A stretch of DNA of 50,051 nt from NCBI RefSeq assembly GCF_000143415.4, contig NW_003314263.1:4413008-4463058 (forward strand), written 5' to 3'. Made by a program: the position numbers and the translations under genes. This document shows positions 1 through 13,775 of the stretch, piece after piece. The number at the start of each line of letters is the position of its first letter. Position 1 is the stretch's first letter. Origin of the DNA: Selaginella moellendorffii (taxonomy: Eukaryota > Plantae > Lycopodiophyta). The notes beneath the pieces were generated by a model, which was given only the letters and a program-made list of their open reading frames with translations, was not told the origin of the DNA and ran no database searches.

Positions 1-605
1 GGGAGGGTGATACACTGCAGTGGTTCGAAGGAGCGAGGGGACCCCCCACGGGACCTGCTTGGAGACGGATCAAATGCTGGGGTCACAATGGGTGGGGGGT
101 ACAAGCTAGGTGGGATCTGACAGGAGCAGAGATCGGGACCATAGTATGGTAGGCAGTGGGTCTTGATAGATGGGTGGTCTGGAGAGCCACGACAATTCAG
201 GAACTTTGGGAAGCGAGGAACCTCCACCACTTTGAAGGCAAGCAGGCACGGGTTTCAGCGATCATCGTGACATGGTGGAGGCTATCACTAGCAGCGGTCA
301 AGTTGAGGGATATGCTACTTAGGGAACAGGATAAATATGCGAGGATCCAGGCATGGCACAACCGGTGGTTCCCCTGCTTTGGACAAGAGGGACCAGAAGG
401 AGTTAAGTGGAAATGGAGGCCACCAGATGGGATTTTACAAGCAGCACGAAGGGGGGACGTGGATCTGGAGGCGATATGACGAAGACAACCGCAGCTGCTT
501 TTACTGCAAGCCTAGTCTCACCTTAGATGAGGGAGATCCCACTAGGTAGCATGCCCAGTTTTTGTATTAGTCCCTACGGGACATTGGAGAATGTACATAC
601 ACGTT
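1..605 (+). mobile_element. 3' end of a diverged LINE related to the telomere-proximal family
   Basis: Translation (..GDTLQWFEGARGP.., LWEARN..FEGKQARVSAIIVTWWRL..WRPPD) parallels the ORF2 C-terminus at 39544-40050. Ends in the family 3' motif TTTTTGTATTAGTCCC..GAATGTACATACACGTT. The 5' part lies outside the window. Confidence 0.85.
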
Positions 606-1049
606 TCATCGAACCTGCATATAGTTGTATGCTCAAACCCTAAACTCTAAATCAGTCTAGTGTGGATTTACAGAATTCCAAGTCGAAGGAGATTCAAATT
701 CTAGGATCTCCAGTCAAAGTGCTAAGATGCATTCTAGCTAAAGTGAATGTGAAGCACGAGTTAGTTGTTATCCTTTCGTCCTCTTTTAGTTCAAGTGAAG
801 AAGTCATACTAGTGTCAGTGCTGAATTCACTAGCTCTAGCTCTAGCTTTAGCAATATTTAAAGCCGTTAACAATACTTTTTAGTTTTCATGCCTCTCAAT
901 CAACATGCACTTGTTTTTGTATAGGCTCATGAGAGAGCTTCCATCCTCCTACAACAACAATATTTTCTTCAAGCTACTACTTCTTATTAGTAGCATAGGT
1001 TCTAAATAAAAGGGGATGGAAACCAAGTAGAATGTTCACAATTGGTGCA

Positions 1050-3680
1050 AGATCAAAACCACACACTTCTAACATTTTGAAGGCACAATATCTATAGTTC
1101 ATTGTGGCAGGCATTTAGATTGCATAAATAAAGCATGCAATTGAGACCGCTATAGAAATTTTATATTTTTCAAAGGGTTTGTAGTCAATCCTTCAACTTG
1201 TGACACCATTGTTGTTGGAGTCAAGTGTCAATTTTACAAAAATGCTCCTCTATGTCGTGTTATATCTGAGGCCAAAATGTACTACTTTCTTCCACGGTAT
1301 GGAGTGCTAGAAGAGCTGTAATGCATGTTGGCACACAAATGCATCCAATGCAGAAAGGGATATAAACAAGTTTTCTTAACCATTTCAAAAATGTTGTGCA
1401 AAAAGAGACTATGAGAAACTCATCTGCAACTCTAAAGAATGTTTAGAAAACCGTCCTTAAGGATTTTATTGCAAACACCTTACTTAATCCGGATTGCCAA
1501 AAGACTCAACTAAATGAGGCTAGCTTACGGGACTTACTATGAGGAGTACAACCTGCTACTAGCCTAAGGAGGTATGTCTGTTATATTTCATACGTTATAA
1601 TAATATCTTTTTCTTACATAATACTATTTAGGATAAAATCTTAGATATGTGAATCTCAAGAGGGAAAGTTGCAATAAAAAATTGACTCCATCCTTGAATT
1701 GAAATGAACCTATCCATATGAGTTCATCCATGGAAGTTTGTTTCCAAACTAAGTTGTGAATGAGCAGAAGTGCCCCTTCTTCTTCAAAATGTGTACCATG
1801 GGCCCTACCTCTGGTGTAGATCTTGTTTCCCAAATGGACATGTTCGAGTCTAGTGACCTTGCAAATGCATGGGTACATTGACCATATGAAGCGCATATTG
1901 GGTTGGATAACTAAAAGAGTTCATGTGTATGATCGAAGTTAATTTTTATTCTCATTATATTGAAATTGTTGTAATATTTGTGTTTTCATAGGTTATGTTG
2001 TAACTTAACAATTGCGACAGCAAAGCTTAAAGTACAAAACCAGACAGCCCAGGAAATATTTTGGAAGTCCCTTTCCAATATTGGACTAGTAAGCTTGCAA
2101 ACTTTTGCAGTTTCATGGTAGATAAGGCTGGTGCAAACTGGAATGGTGTTTGAGCAGTTTTTGGGAAGGGTTAGCTATTGGAAGGTGTGAGAGGATTTGT
2201 GAGTTCCATTGGGCTCAAAGCCTAAACCAGCACTACCACCTTATCAAGCTATAGTTTCAATCAATGTTTAAAGAGTTGTGGCAAGTTGCACCTTCTAAAG
2301 AAGAGCATGAGGCAAAGGCAAATAAGATCCAAATGTGGTAGTGTGAAAATGGCCATACAAACATAAGTTGTCTACCACAACTTGAGTCATGGTTAGGGTG
2401 GTGGGAGGTTAGGATGTTTTAGTGGGGACATCACTCTTTTCATGTTGGTTTCTATTTTTTCTTCATATTTTATTACCTCTTAATATTGCCTTTTCCATTA
2501 AGATCAACCATTTAAGGACCTCACTTACACCCCAACTGTGAATCTCTCTAAAAGTAAGCACTAGAATTTGTGTTCTTCTAAGGCAAGGAAAGGGAAGATG
2601 ACTTTATATGAAGCCTGTCTATCAAATTTTATGTGCTATAGAGCAATCTTCAAAAGTGTTGGCATTTAAGGAAGGAAAATGTATGGGAAGAAGGCGTTTT
2701 GTTGAGATGTTACATGATAGGATGAAGAGAAAATTAACTCTACCTGCCCGAATAGTGGCAACTAAAGTTGAGGAAGTGGTCTGTGGCACAATTATGGAGT
2801 ACACTCCCCGGGCTTCTATTGGTGATATGAAGATTGTCCGTTCAAAGCATCATTTTTCCTTTATTTATGAAGATGTTGGCATGGACCTTGGAGCAAAGTT
2901 CTAACAGTTGAAATTGGTTACCGTAGCATGGAGCCAAAGTAATGGGCAATTCGATGCATGCCAACAAATTCAAATGTAAAGTGTGTATGGGGATGATTTT
3001 AAGGGGCAAGTGTTGGGCCTAGATTCATAGTGACAAATATGCTTTTGTTCCAACCCCATGTTTCTATAGGGAACAAAAGCAAAAGGGATTTTCGAGATGG
3101 TGTTGGCTGTATTGTTGCAACACCAATGCCAACTATATGAAGCAACTTGAAGACACTATAGTGACTAAACTTGATGCAGTACCTAAAGAATGGCCAATTA
3201 CTAATGGGTTTATGCTCACCTTAGATGAGATTGAAAACTTTGAGAAATCTGGTTTCAATCTTGAGAGGAGAGTTGAATACATGAGTGACAGAACCAAGAC
3301 TATTTTTATAGAGGCTAGCAAAAAAAATGTAAGGTAGTTAAATTTATTAGTATTGTCTTCAAGAAGAAGTAGGGTAAAACAAACTTGGCTCAAACACTTG
3401 AGTGTGAGATTCTCTCCACAAAGTACATCACTACTTTCACAAAGGAGTACATAGTTAAAATAGAAGGTGGAAAATACACAATTGCCATTCAAGACTTTCT
3501 TTCTTACATATGTCTAGAGTTTATGAAGCAAGAGGAACATGGGAAGGCATATGCTCCTTGCAAGCATATGTACTACATCTTCATCAACATCTTGCACCAA
3601 GATTCTAAAGTGAATATTCATATACACCAAGCAAGCCTTACTATTGCTAAGTTGCAAGAAACTTTTGGAACTAACTAGAT
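1050..3680 (+). pseudogene. Degenerate MULE/SWIM-type transposase-related remnant
   Basis: Broken frames: CEFHWAQSLNQH near 2200 and a SWIM-like finger (..SYICLEF..PCKHMYYIF) in ORF 3385-3678. Many stops; boundaries approximate. Confidence 0.5.
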
Positions 3681-3849
3681 TTTCCAACACTATCAATATT
3701 TATTCTTTATCAATAATATAAACTTATTATACTTTATATAATTAATAAAAAAACTTTTTTATTCACTTTTCATTTTATATACTTACGAGTGTTCTTTTTG
3801 CAATACTGCCCATACCACTCATATATACTACCCATAGTATCATGTGCAA

Positions 3850-6058
3850 TACCCAATTCAATGCAGGACTCTAGGATAACACCTTGCTCCAAAGGATATG
3901 AACGTCAATCCAGCAGTGGGCTCCTCGGAAACATGGTTTGCCAGCAAGAGTAGTTGTAGCTAGGAGCATCATTCTGCCCAGCATTTGGTACCATCTTTCA
4001 ATCTAGCTTGTCCTCGAACACACTCTCAGAAAGGTACGCACAATGGTTTGTAAGTATGTGTGGTAGGGTGCACTTGTCATAGGTAGGATCATGGCAAAGG
4101 TTGCATGGCAATCAACGTCACGTCCACGAGTCCTAGGAGGACTTGGAGTGATCAATCCGAGTGACATGGCGAAGGCGCTACGGTACAAAATCCTCCTTAT
4201 AGACCTTCAACCAAATAACCAACCTTGGAGGCTCATGTTCAGATAGAGCTTGTTGGCAATCTGGCGGAGGCACAACATTGCTAGATCATGGGAGGAGGAT
4301 CCACATTGGCTTTTTGCTGAAGGGCCAAAGCAAGTAGTCAAGGGCAGCACATTGATCCAAGGGTTTCTCAGGTTATGGAGTGAGTTTCTAGTCAGTAGGG
4401 AAATGCTGGGGCAAGTAGAGGACTGGCTGAACCAGCCCCTTTTCTTCAACGACCTCTTCAAAGTGGACGATAGGACGTTGGGCAGGGAAGACCACTACAC
4501 AATCTGGAGAAAGTTGCATGGTGAAGGCTTTCGAACTCTCAAGCAACTGGTGGGAGTTCTGAACAAGGATAGGAGGAAGACTACGAGGCAAATGTAGGTC
4601 TTTAACCCAAGACGGTGGAGGAAAGTTCACCTTGATCTTCTTCGCATCATTGGAGTGGTTAGTGAGGCGAAGAAGGGGTAGCTCTAGCCTAGGTGCTATC
4701 TCAAGCCTGGAGAGTTTGTGGCTTTGCAATGGGATATGGAGCCAAGCAGGGAATGAGTCAACTTGGGGGCCTGGACACGGGCATTTACAGCCCTGGCACT
4801 AGCTTGGGAGGATGGCAATGTGGAGGTGTGGTTCATTGTGTCTCCCAAATAGAATATCAGATGTCCTTTTCAGGTTATGAGAGGTGACATGCTGTTGCCA
4901 ATAGGAGACGAACAGGCCATGCTGATGGTGATGGATGACGAAGTCAAGGGCAATATTTGAGTAGTACGACAGGCCCTAAGGCAGCTGGTGGAGGTTCAAT
5001 TGATGGCCACACTAGAGGGGGATGGCATTCTCAAATGGTGGTGATAACAACTCATCGAGGATCTGGATTGGGACCTAGTAGCATGGAAACGAGGAATAAA
5101 GAGCTTCTTCTTGTTCAAAGTCAAGGAAGCACGGGATGGTCTCTTGACCAGTAGGGAGGAGTCCTGACGGGAGATCCCCAAGTTGTGAAAGAAATGGATC
5201 GAGCAAGGAGTTGAAGCAAATTAGGTGGTGGATAACACACTGGCATTCTGGAAACTACCGGTACAGGAGAAAGTCAAGGCCACCTCTTGGTTGGTGGCAA
5301 ACAATGGGCTGCCAGTAGGACAGTGGTTTCGGGAGGAAGCATGTTGACGATGCAAAGAGTGTGGCGAGCTGGAGACAGTGTGCCATGCACTTTGGGAATG
5401 TGATGTGGCAAGAAAGGTATGGCGGCAAATCTTCAAGGTGACACAGGAATTATGAGACATTCCGGAGTTCAAGGCTTAGAGCGGGGATATCCTCCACTAG
5501 TTTGAGGGAGATAGAGGTCCAGCCATCGGTCTAGCATGTAGGCGCATTCGTCATCACGGATGACACAGATGGAACATGCGAGTCCGGTGGGATGTGATAG
5601 GGGCTGAAATTGGGATATCAGTCTGGGAGGCAATTGGCCATGACCGCTGCTCCATCTGGAGAGAGATTAGAGAGCAAGCACTTTGGAAGGCACGAAACCA
5701 TATTCACTTCAACGGGCAACAAGCAAGGATATCGGTGGTGGTGGCATCATGGTGGAGACTCACTCTTGCAGTAGTGCGTTTTCATTACACCATCCTGAAA
5801 GAGTAGGCAAAATGGAGACAGCTCGAGGAGTGGAGGTCTAGATGGCTCCCATGCTTTGGTAGAATGGTAGGTGGTGAGATTCGTTGGCAGTGGTGCCCCC
5901 CGGACTCTCTTCTATGTTCAGCTCGTGGGGGAGACTTGGATATCAACACCATTTGACTGAGACGACCATGTCCACTTCTACTCCAAGACTAGGTCTAGCT
6001 ACAACACAAGAGGATCATGTAGAGTAGCTCATTGAGAGGGCGGCATGCTCAGTTTTTA
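3850..6058 (+). mobile_element. 5'-truncated, decayed LINE copy (3' half of ORF2)
   Basis: Colinear with the reverse complement of ~39480-41680, with many in-frame stops (e.g. WEEDPHWLFAEGPKQVVKG, LWKARNH). Confidence 0.92.
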
Positions 6059-6070
6059 TGATCCTTTTGT

Positions 6071-6341
6071 GTCTGGTGTGATTGCTAAATGTGTATGTAT
6101 ATTCCCCATATCCCAATGGGACTAATACAAAACCTGAGCATGTTGCCCTCTCAATGAGTTACTCTACGTGATCCTCTTGTGTCCAGCAAGATAACTGAAT
6201 GTGTATGTACATTCCCCATGTCCCAATGTGACTAATACAATGTAGAGTAGCTCATTGAGAGGGCAACATGCTCAGGTTTTGTATTAGTCCCATTGGGATA
6301 TGGGGAATATACATACACGTTCTGAGATCTCACTGAATTGC
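6071..6341. repeat. Stack of short LINE 3'-end fragments separated by decayed target-site copies
   Basis: 3'-end pieces at ~6086-6180 (-), ~6196-6240 (-) and ~6241-6322 (+). Spacers GTCTGGTGTGATTGC (6071-6085), GTCCAGCAAGATAAC (6181-6195) and GAGATCTCACTGAATTGC (6324-6341) resemble the 17-bp target or its reverse complement. Confidence 0.75.
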
Positions 6342-9300
6342 TGAACGTGTATGTACATTCCCCATGTCCCAATGGGACTAATACAAAAACTGGGTGTGCC
6401 GCCCTCTCAATGAGCTACTCTACGTGATCCTCATATGTCGCAGCTAGACCTAGTCTTGGAGTAGAAGTGGACGTGGTTGTCTCGAGCGAATCATGTCGAT
6501 GTCCAAGTCTCCCCCACGAGCTGACCTTAGAACAGAGTCTGGGGGGCGCCATTGCCAGCAAATCTCGCCACCTCCCAATTTGCCGAAGCATGGGAGCCAC
6601 CTAGATCTCCACTCCTCGAGCTGCCTCGGTTTCGCCCGCTCTTTCAGAATGATGTAGTGAAGACGCACCACTGCAAGAGTGAGTCTCCACCATGATGTCA
6701 CCACTGCCGATATTCTCGCTTGTTGCCCATCAAAGCGACAGTGGTTCCGTGCCTCCCAAAGTGCCTACACTCCTGTTGCCCTCCAAAGGGACCAGCGCTC
6801 CTGGCCCAACACCTTCCAGATGGACATCCCAACTTCAGCCCCTGTCACGTCCCACCAGACTCGCATGCTCCATCGGTGTCGTCCGTAGCAGCAAATACGC
6901 CTCCAAGCTGGACCAATGGCTGGACCTCTAGCTCCCTCAAACCAGTGGAGGATATCCCCACTCCGAGCCTCAAACTCTGGAATGTCTCCGAGTTCCTGTG
7001 TCGCGTTGAAGATCTGTCGCCATACTTCTCTCGCCACGTTGCATTCCCATAGGACATGTCGCGCTATCTCCAGCTCGCCACACTCCTTGCACCATCGGCA
7101 TGCTTCTTCCTAGAACCACTGTCCTACCAGCAGCCCGTTATTTGCCACCAACCAAGAGGTGGCCTTGACTTTCTCCTGTACCGGTAGTTTCCAGAACACA
7201 AGCGTGTTGCTCACCACCTGATTTGCTTCAACTCCTTGCTCGATCCATTTCTTCTAGAGCTTGGGGATCTCCCCTCGGGCCTCCTCCCTGCTGGTCAAGA
7301 GACCATCCCTTGCTTCCTTGACGCCGAAGGAGAAGAAGCTCTTCACTCCTCGTTTCCAACCGGATCCTCGATGAGCTGCTGTCGCCACCATCTAAGAATG
7401 CCATCCCCCTCTAGTGCAGCCAATGATTGAACCACCACTGATTGCTTCGGAGCCTGTCGTATTACTCGAATCCTACCCTTGACTTCATCATCTGTCACCA
7501 TCGGCATGACCTGTTCATCCCCTGCTGGTAGCAGCATGTCGCCTCTCAAGACTTGAAAAGGACGCCCAACATTTTGGTCTAGAGACACAACGAACCATAC
7601 CTCCACATCCTTGTCCTCCCAAGCTAGTGTTGGGGCCGTAAACGCCCGTGTCCAGGCCCCCAGGCTAACTCGTACCCTGTCTGGCTCCATGTCCCGTTGC
7701 AGAGCCACAAAGTCTCCAGACTTGAGACAACGCCTGGGCCAGAGCTGCCCCTTCTTCGCCTCACTCACTACTCTAATAATGCGAAGAAGATCAAGGTGGA
7801 CTTTCCTCCACCGTCCCGGGTTAAAGACTTGCATGTGCCTCGTAGTTTTCCTCCTGTTCTTGTCCAGAACCCACACCAGTTGCTTGAGAGTTCGGAAGCC
7901 TACGCTATGTAGCTTTCTCCAGATTATGTAGTGGTCCTCCTTGCCCAGCGTCCTATCATCCAACTTGAAGAGGTCGTTGAAGAATAGGGGCTGGTTCAGC
8001 CAGTCCTCCACTCGCCCTGGCAATTCCCTACTGACTGGAAATGCGCTCCATAACCGGAGAAACCCCTGGACCAGAATGCCGCCCTTGACTACTTGTTTCG
8101 GCCCCTCGGCAAAGAGCCAACGTGGATCTTCTTCCCACGGTCTTGCAGTGTTGTGCTTGGGCCGGATTGCCAACAAGTTTTGCCTAAACATGAGTCTCCA
8201 AGGTTGATTACCTGGTTGAAGGCCCATGAGGAGGATTTTGTACCGTAGCGCCTTCGCCATGTCGCTCAGATCGGTTACTCCAAGTCCTCCCAAGACTCGC
8301 GGATGTGCTATAGATTGCCACGCAACCTTGGCCATGCTCCTCCCTGTGACCAGAGTGCCCCACCACAAATACTGACGGACCATCATGCGTACCTTTCTAA
8401 GAGTGCATTCTGGGACTGGCCAGATGGAGAGGTGGTACCAGATGCTGGGCAGAATGATGCTCCTGGCGACTACCACTCTTGCTGGCAAGCCGAGTTTCTG
8501 GGGAGCCCATTTCTGGATTGATGTTCGTACCCGTCGGAGCAAGGTGTCATCCTGAAGTGCTACACTGAACCGAGTACCAACCTGGATCCCCAGGTACCTA
8601 GTGTCTTCTCCTGGTTTGAGCCACTGGAAGCCGATGTCCTACCCCCAAGATTCGATGCCTGGTCGCCCCCAATTTATGCCCACTGATTTGTTCTAGTTAA
8701 TTGCTGTGCCAGCTGCGAGGTTGAACGTCTCCAACGCCTTCTTAGCGGCATCCATGTTCTCCTTGGTCGTGACTAGGAACAAGGCAGTGTCATCTGCAAA
8801 AGCTCCATCAAGGAGTTCCCGAGACACCCTTGTGGTTCCCGGAAGTTGTTGTCTTGCAGCCAGTAGTGTAAGTCCTTTAATGCGTCCGCCTTCCGGTAGA
8901 AACGTGCCCAGGGCCTCAGCCACAATCAGAAAAAGATAGGGTGCTAGTGGACACCCTTGGCATACTGAACGTCCCAACTGGAAACTCGGTCCCGTCTCGC
9001 CATTGATTGTGACTCTGCTTGTGGCTCCTCGGTACAGTAATGAGATCCTAACGACCATCTCTCTTGGGATGCCAATCGTATGCATGCACTCCTCCAGGAA
9101 CCTCCAGTCCACCCAATTGTAGGCCTTCTCGAAGTCCAATAGCCATGCTGCAGTTTGTTGGTCAGAGATCTTTGCCCATCTCTGAGCCAGCAGGTACGTC
9201 TAGATGTTTTTTGCAATTTGCCGCCCTAGAACAAACCCTGTCTGCTGTTCCCGGATGATCAGCGGCATGACAGCTTGGAGCTTAAGAGTCATTGCTTTGG

Positions 9301-10221
9301 CGTAGACCTTGTAGGACGTGTTGAGCATGGTGATCGGCCTCCAATTCCTCAGCTCCTGCAGGTCCCCCCTCTTTGGGATAAGTGCGATCTGGCCCTCGAG
9401 GATCTCACGAGGCAAGGTCCCGTCACGTTGAGCATCCCACCATGTTTGTAGCAGCAGCGGGCCTATGGTCTCCCAGTGCTCCTCAAAGAAAATGGGCAAG
9501 AGGCCATCAATACCTGGCTGCTTGTCGTTGCTAAGCTCTATTTTGTTAAAGTGGGATTTATTCAGTAAAATGGGACTAGGTACAAATTTTCAAGTATTTG
9601 AAAATGACGTGAAATTATATGTTTTTTGTCCAGGGGCTAGACATATCTGGGGCATGGTGACTACCGCGGTGACTTTATGTCCAGACTGAGTCCATCTGGT
9701 TGTATAATAAATCTCATTGTCAAGGTGAACAAGCCGAATCTGAAGCTAAAGAAGAGCGATGGCATGCGCGCACACACTATTTGTTTGTTCATTGAGCGTG
9801 TGGTGAGCTTTCCAAGATGAACGTCATTCCTATTAGCCAGACATATAACTTAATGGTGAGAACATTTAGATATTATTCAATGTTATCTTTTTCTAACGAA
9901 TCTAATTGTGAAGGTGTAGCAAGAGGCATTGCTAGTCTGGAGAAGTCATTTAACTCATTTGACCCTTAGTGTATTTTCATGAAACTAAATAACATTCATA
10001 TTATTAAGGAATTTCTCTAGTACCTTTTTTTTACGACATAGAGTCTTGCATTTCTTTCAAAGGTGATTTAGTAAAAGGCCTGAGAGCACATGCCATTCTA
10101 TTTCTCAGACCGGTATTAAGATATACTAGTGCAAAGGGCCACATGCCATCACGCCTCCTCTGATTCAGATTCGGATTGTTCACCTTGAAATAAAATACAT
10201 TAGAAACTTAGTAAAGGAATA

Positions 10222-12651
10222 TTAATGAATCTCACCTTGAACCCGGGTTATGAATGCTCTTGCTGCATCTCTTGCATGGTCTGGCAAGGTGATGGTGGCA
10301 CTCTGCTTCTGCATCCAACCATGCACAACATTATCCACCGATATGCTCATGCTGGGATCCCTTGGATTCAGCACCCATCTCTTTTCTAGGCAATCCTTCG
10401 TATATCCGGAACTTGGCTTGAACCACTCCACAGTTACATTGAAGGAGTTAGTTTCCGCGTCCTCCTCTGCATCAGTGATGCAGCGCCCCACCCATATCAT
10501 TTGTTTTTTATTACTGGGTCTGACAAGCATGACCATTCCTTTGCAGACCTGTACTGGATTGAATGCTGAATCCGGCTTCTTGTTCCTCGGCCCACAATAG
10601 TGATCCTCAACATCGTTATCTGTCACTGCATTTCCAGAGGACATTGTTCCGCTACTATCTGGTGCTCTGGGTTCTGGCCAAAAGGACTCTTCCAATTCTT
10701 CATATACAACCGGCCCATTTTGGATAGCAGATATAATCTTCTCCCAATATTCGAGCAAAGGCTTGCACCTCTTAAAATAGGATTCTCCACCAAACACCAA
10801 CCCCCTCTTCCAGAAGGCAATATGCTGACTAATCCCGGCCACTATACTTTCCTGGTCTTTGAGTCCATCCGGGTGCATCGGCCGTGGGGAACCCTGAGGA
10901 ATCATAGGTTCCCCAGTTATGGGATCTCTCTTGAAGAGTTCAATGCCATCCACTGGCAGCCACACTGTGTCCCATTCTCTCATCTTGTACCTCATCACTG
11001 GAGCACCGTCACGCATGCTGAAATGAAACTGAAGAGGCTTGGAGTGGCCAATCAGCGTTTCGGATCCATCCCTGATGTAGCCTCTTACAAACCCCTTAAA
11101 GTCTGGAACCTCTGTCACAAGTGCAGCTTCAACAGTGCCTTTGATGCAATTTTGGAATTCATCGTAGAGTTGTGGGAGGGTGAGGACATTGGATCGCCGG
11201 AGGGACTCTGCCAGGTGACTGAACATGGCATCGACGTCTTCATGAGTGTGCCCAACCATGAGAAAGCCAAGTGTAACCGTTTCAAATATGCCTTTGGCAA
11301 CAAGCATCGCCTAGTACGCGAAGACGTACATGTTTTTGTTCTCACTGCCAGCATTGTCTGTTTGGAGCAGAAGATGGGGTGGAAGGCCACATCGGCCGCA
11401 AGAACTTCCTTGAGATTCTGCTTCGTTTGGATGAGGCTGTGCATTCACCGGGCGACCAGCCTCGTCGGAATGGCATGAGGCCTCACGTGATAACCCTACA
11501 ATCTGACGGCCAACATATTCACTGGGATGGCATGGGGCCCCACGCGATACTGCAAGCCTTTGCTCCTCCTCCAGCTGAACCCTGTATGGGGTTCGATCGA
11601 CAAGGGCCTTATGCAAGGGTTGGCCGTTCAGCTTAGTCTGCGCACTTTGCAGAGACCTTAAGTGTTTTGCTAGGGACGCAATCATCATGTTTGCACCCCC
11701 GCCACCCCATAGAGGTACAAAGAAGTTCCCATAGTTCTGGGCACCATGCCCATGAGCGATTATGCCAAACAGAGATACAGGCAGCTGCATGGATGAAGAG
11801 ATTGCCTTGGGAGCAGGATTGAGTTGAGGTAAGCACGTCTTTTTCTGGTCCATTTTGTCGTGGATGATGCAGAGGTAAGAGTCAGGTCTCTCCATGGAGA
11901 GAATCCTGTTATGATAATATGCAGTTCTGCAGCTTCTCTGCTTGATGTTGTGGTCGAGCCGCCTTCTAACCAATGTCTCTCGCTCTTGAGCGCTGCAAAA
12001 ATTCTTCGACAAAGCCATTTTGATAGCAGTGCACTCGTCACACTTTGAAAAGCTGGAGTACTTTCCTATACTCACATCCCTGAACCTGTTGCTCCACAAT
12101 CTATTAAATCTAGATTGGCTCAGCTTCCTGTAGCCATTACTCTGGAGTTCCCGATTCACATCTTCCAATATAGCCCCCTTGGTATACATGGAAGGGAGAA
12201 CTCGTTGGGTGTCTCGTGTTCCATCTTCCAAGAGGCGGGTTTTATGTGGTTGCTGCTCGCTACATGTCTCGACAAACCTCTTGAAGATTGCCTCTCCATA
12301 TACAACATGACCCCTGGTTTTGTGCGTACCGTCGTTCCCATGAACTGCCTGTTGAACCCTTTGTTCCTCAAACTCAGTTTTGATTCTGTAGAATGTGGTT
12401 CGAGGGATTCCATAAATGATTCTCCATGCCTTCATGCAGACCAAACCCCTCTGGAAGACCATGCCCCCCACCTGATGTTCTGAAGCATCAACAGATGACC
12501 GTAATGCCTCATACACAAAATTGCGAGCTGCCTTCCAGGACAATGTCTTGTATCTTGCTCTCTCCTCTTCAATAGCATCCCAATCAGCATGTTGACAGCA
12601 CCTCCTCTTGCAACAAGCAACTGTCGAGACCATTCGAACCTCCATCGCCAT
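10222..12651 (-). pseudogene. DDD/E transposase (Sola-like) interrupted by one in-frame TAG at 11311-11313
   Basis: ORFs 11311-12651 and 10222-11307 are in the same frame (..VFAY*AMLV..). Motifs FSKCDEC, IHDKMDQKK, LQTDNAGSENKN and FLMVGHTHEDVDAMF. The superfamily call rests on motif recall plus the 4-bp TSD. Confidence 0.72.
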
Positions 12652-13376
12652 TTTCTGCCTTTTTGGTTCGTTGCTCGATCCCTTTGGCTGCGCTGTAGGA
12701 AGGTGTACTTTCTTTTCCCATGAAGAGATGTTCTGTCATCAGTTGTAGTGGTGTTTGATTGTGAATCCTTCACATTCTCAAACACTAAATGCCTCAATTT
12801 CCACCGCACAATGCTTCCAATAGTCAGACTGTTTTCTTCTGTGTCAACAACCTCTAAAATCGCAACTCCAATATCATCCCAGCCCAATTCTTGATTAGCA
12901 ACCGCATCTCTTGGATCGACAACTGTGGCTAAGCCCTCAGCTACCACCTCCCCTTCGGGGTTGTTTAGAAACACTTTTGCCTGAATCCATGTAGCACGGT
13001 TCTTAAGATCCACGGAGGGAACATGCGTCGCACTTGCGCTGTCCCCAACATCTGCTTTCTTCTGCAGATTTTTCAAGGCAACAACAACATTTACCCCGAC
13101 GACCATCTCTCCTCGTTCAATAGCGACCACATTCCCATCGAAGACAGTCTCTACTGATACAGCAGCATTGCCTTCCCAAGCCTTTGACAGTGTATAACAA
13201 AGTTCCGATCCATAGACACAAGGGTCCCTTTTGCAACTCTCTTCCCACCATTCAAAATGTAAACCTTTTCCCCAACCCTGAAGGCCATTCTGAAAGTGCA
13301 GAAAAGAAGTTAAGACCATACAAAAAATGATTGGAGAATGGCCTAAATCATAACATACCAAATAGCATGAGGCCAC
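12432..13376 (-). CDS. Transposon accessory ORF/exon with a Tnp1/En-Spm-associated-like domain
   Basis: VVAEGLATVVDP..V..QELG..IGVAILEV..IGSIVRW resembles the small domain of plant transposon accessory proteins. It overlaps the transposase start in another frame; the N-terminus is probably intronic. Confidence 0.5.
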   Translation of the reverse strand: MASCYLVCYDLGHSPIIFCMVLTSFLHFQNGLQGWGKGLHFEWWEESCKRDPCVYGSELCYTLSKAWEGNAAVSVETVFDGNVVAIERGEMVVGVNVVVALKNLQKKADVGDSASATHVPSVDLKNRATWIQAKVFLNNPEGEVVAEGLATVVDPRDAVANQELGWDDIGVAILEVVDTEENSLTIGSIVRWKLRHLVFENVKDSQSNTTTTDDRTSLHGKRKYTFLQRSQRDRATNQKGRKWRWRFEWSRQLLVARGGAVNMLIGMLLKRREQDTRHCPGRQLAILCMRHYGHLLMLQNIRWGAWSSRGVWSA

Positions 13377-13639
13377 ATGCCATTATTCAAACATGCTATT
13401 GACACCCACGTGAAATTTCGCATTCACAAAATTGGCATGAGGCCTCATGCCATATTGATATACACACAGCTGCAGGCAAGTAAAAACATACATGACAATA
13501 CGCTAGCCATGAAATTGCAAGGGCCCAAGATGCCATGTGGCCTCATGCCATTTCTAAATGTGGTCTTAAGCCATTCCATGGTGAACATACCAGGAAGCAC
13601 AAGTGCCGAATATCAAGAGGAAGTGGTAGCCACACCAAA

Positions 13640-13775
13640 GAAAGTGCCGCTCGCAACACCGCAACTACTCGTAGTGCCGCTCGCAATACCACAACTGCTC
13701 GTTGTGCCGCTCGCACAAACTGCCACTCGCATAAACTGCCGCTCGCAATGGCGCTCGCAATGCCGCAACCGCTCG
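13640..13775. repeat. Short tandem repeat (GTGCCGCTCGCA-containing units)
   Basis: Three ~30-bp units followed by shorter CGCTCGCA units. Confidence 0.7.

Noticed and set aside
635-651. AAACCCTAAACTCTAAA near a LINE 3' end as a telomeric target
   Set aside because: Only two degenerate units, 30 bp from the junction, and no 17-bp target present.
10600-11478. 292-aa plus-strand ORF and similar antisense ORFs over LINE/Gypsy/cargo genes
   Set aside because: Shadows of coding sequence on the opposite strand, with no motifs.
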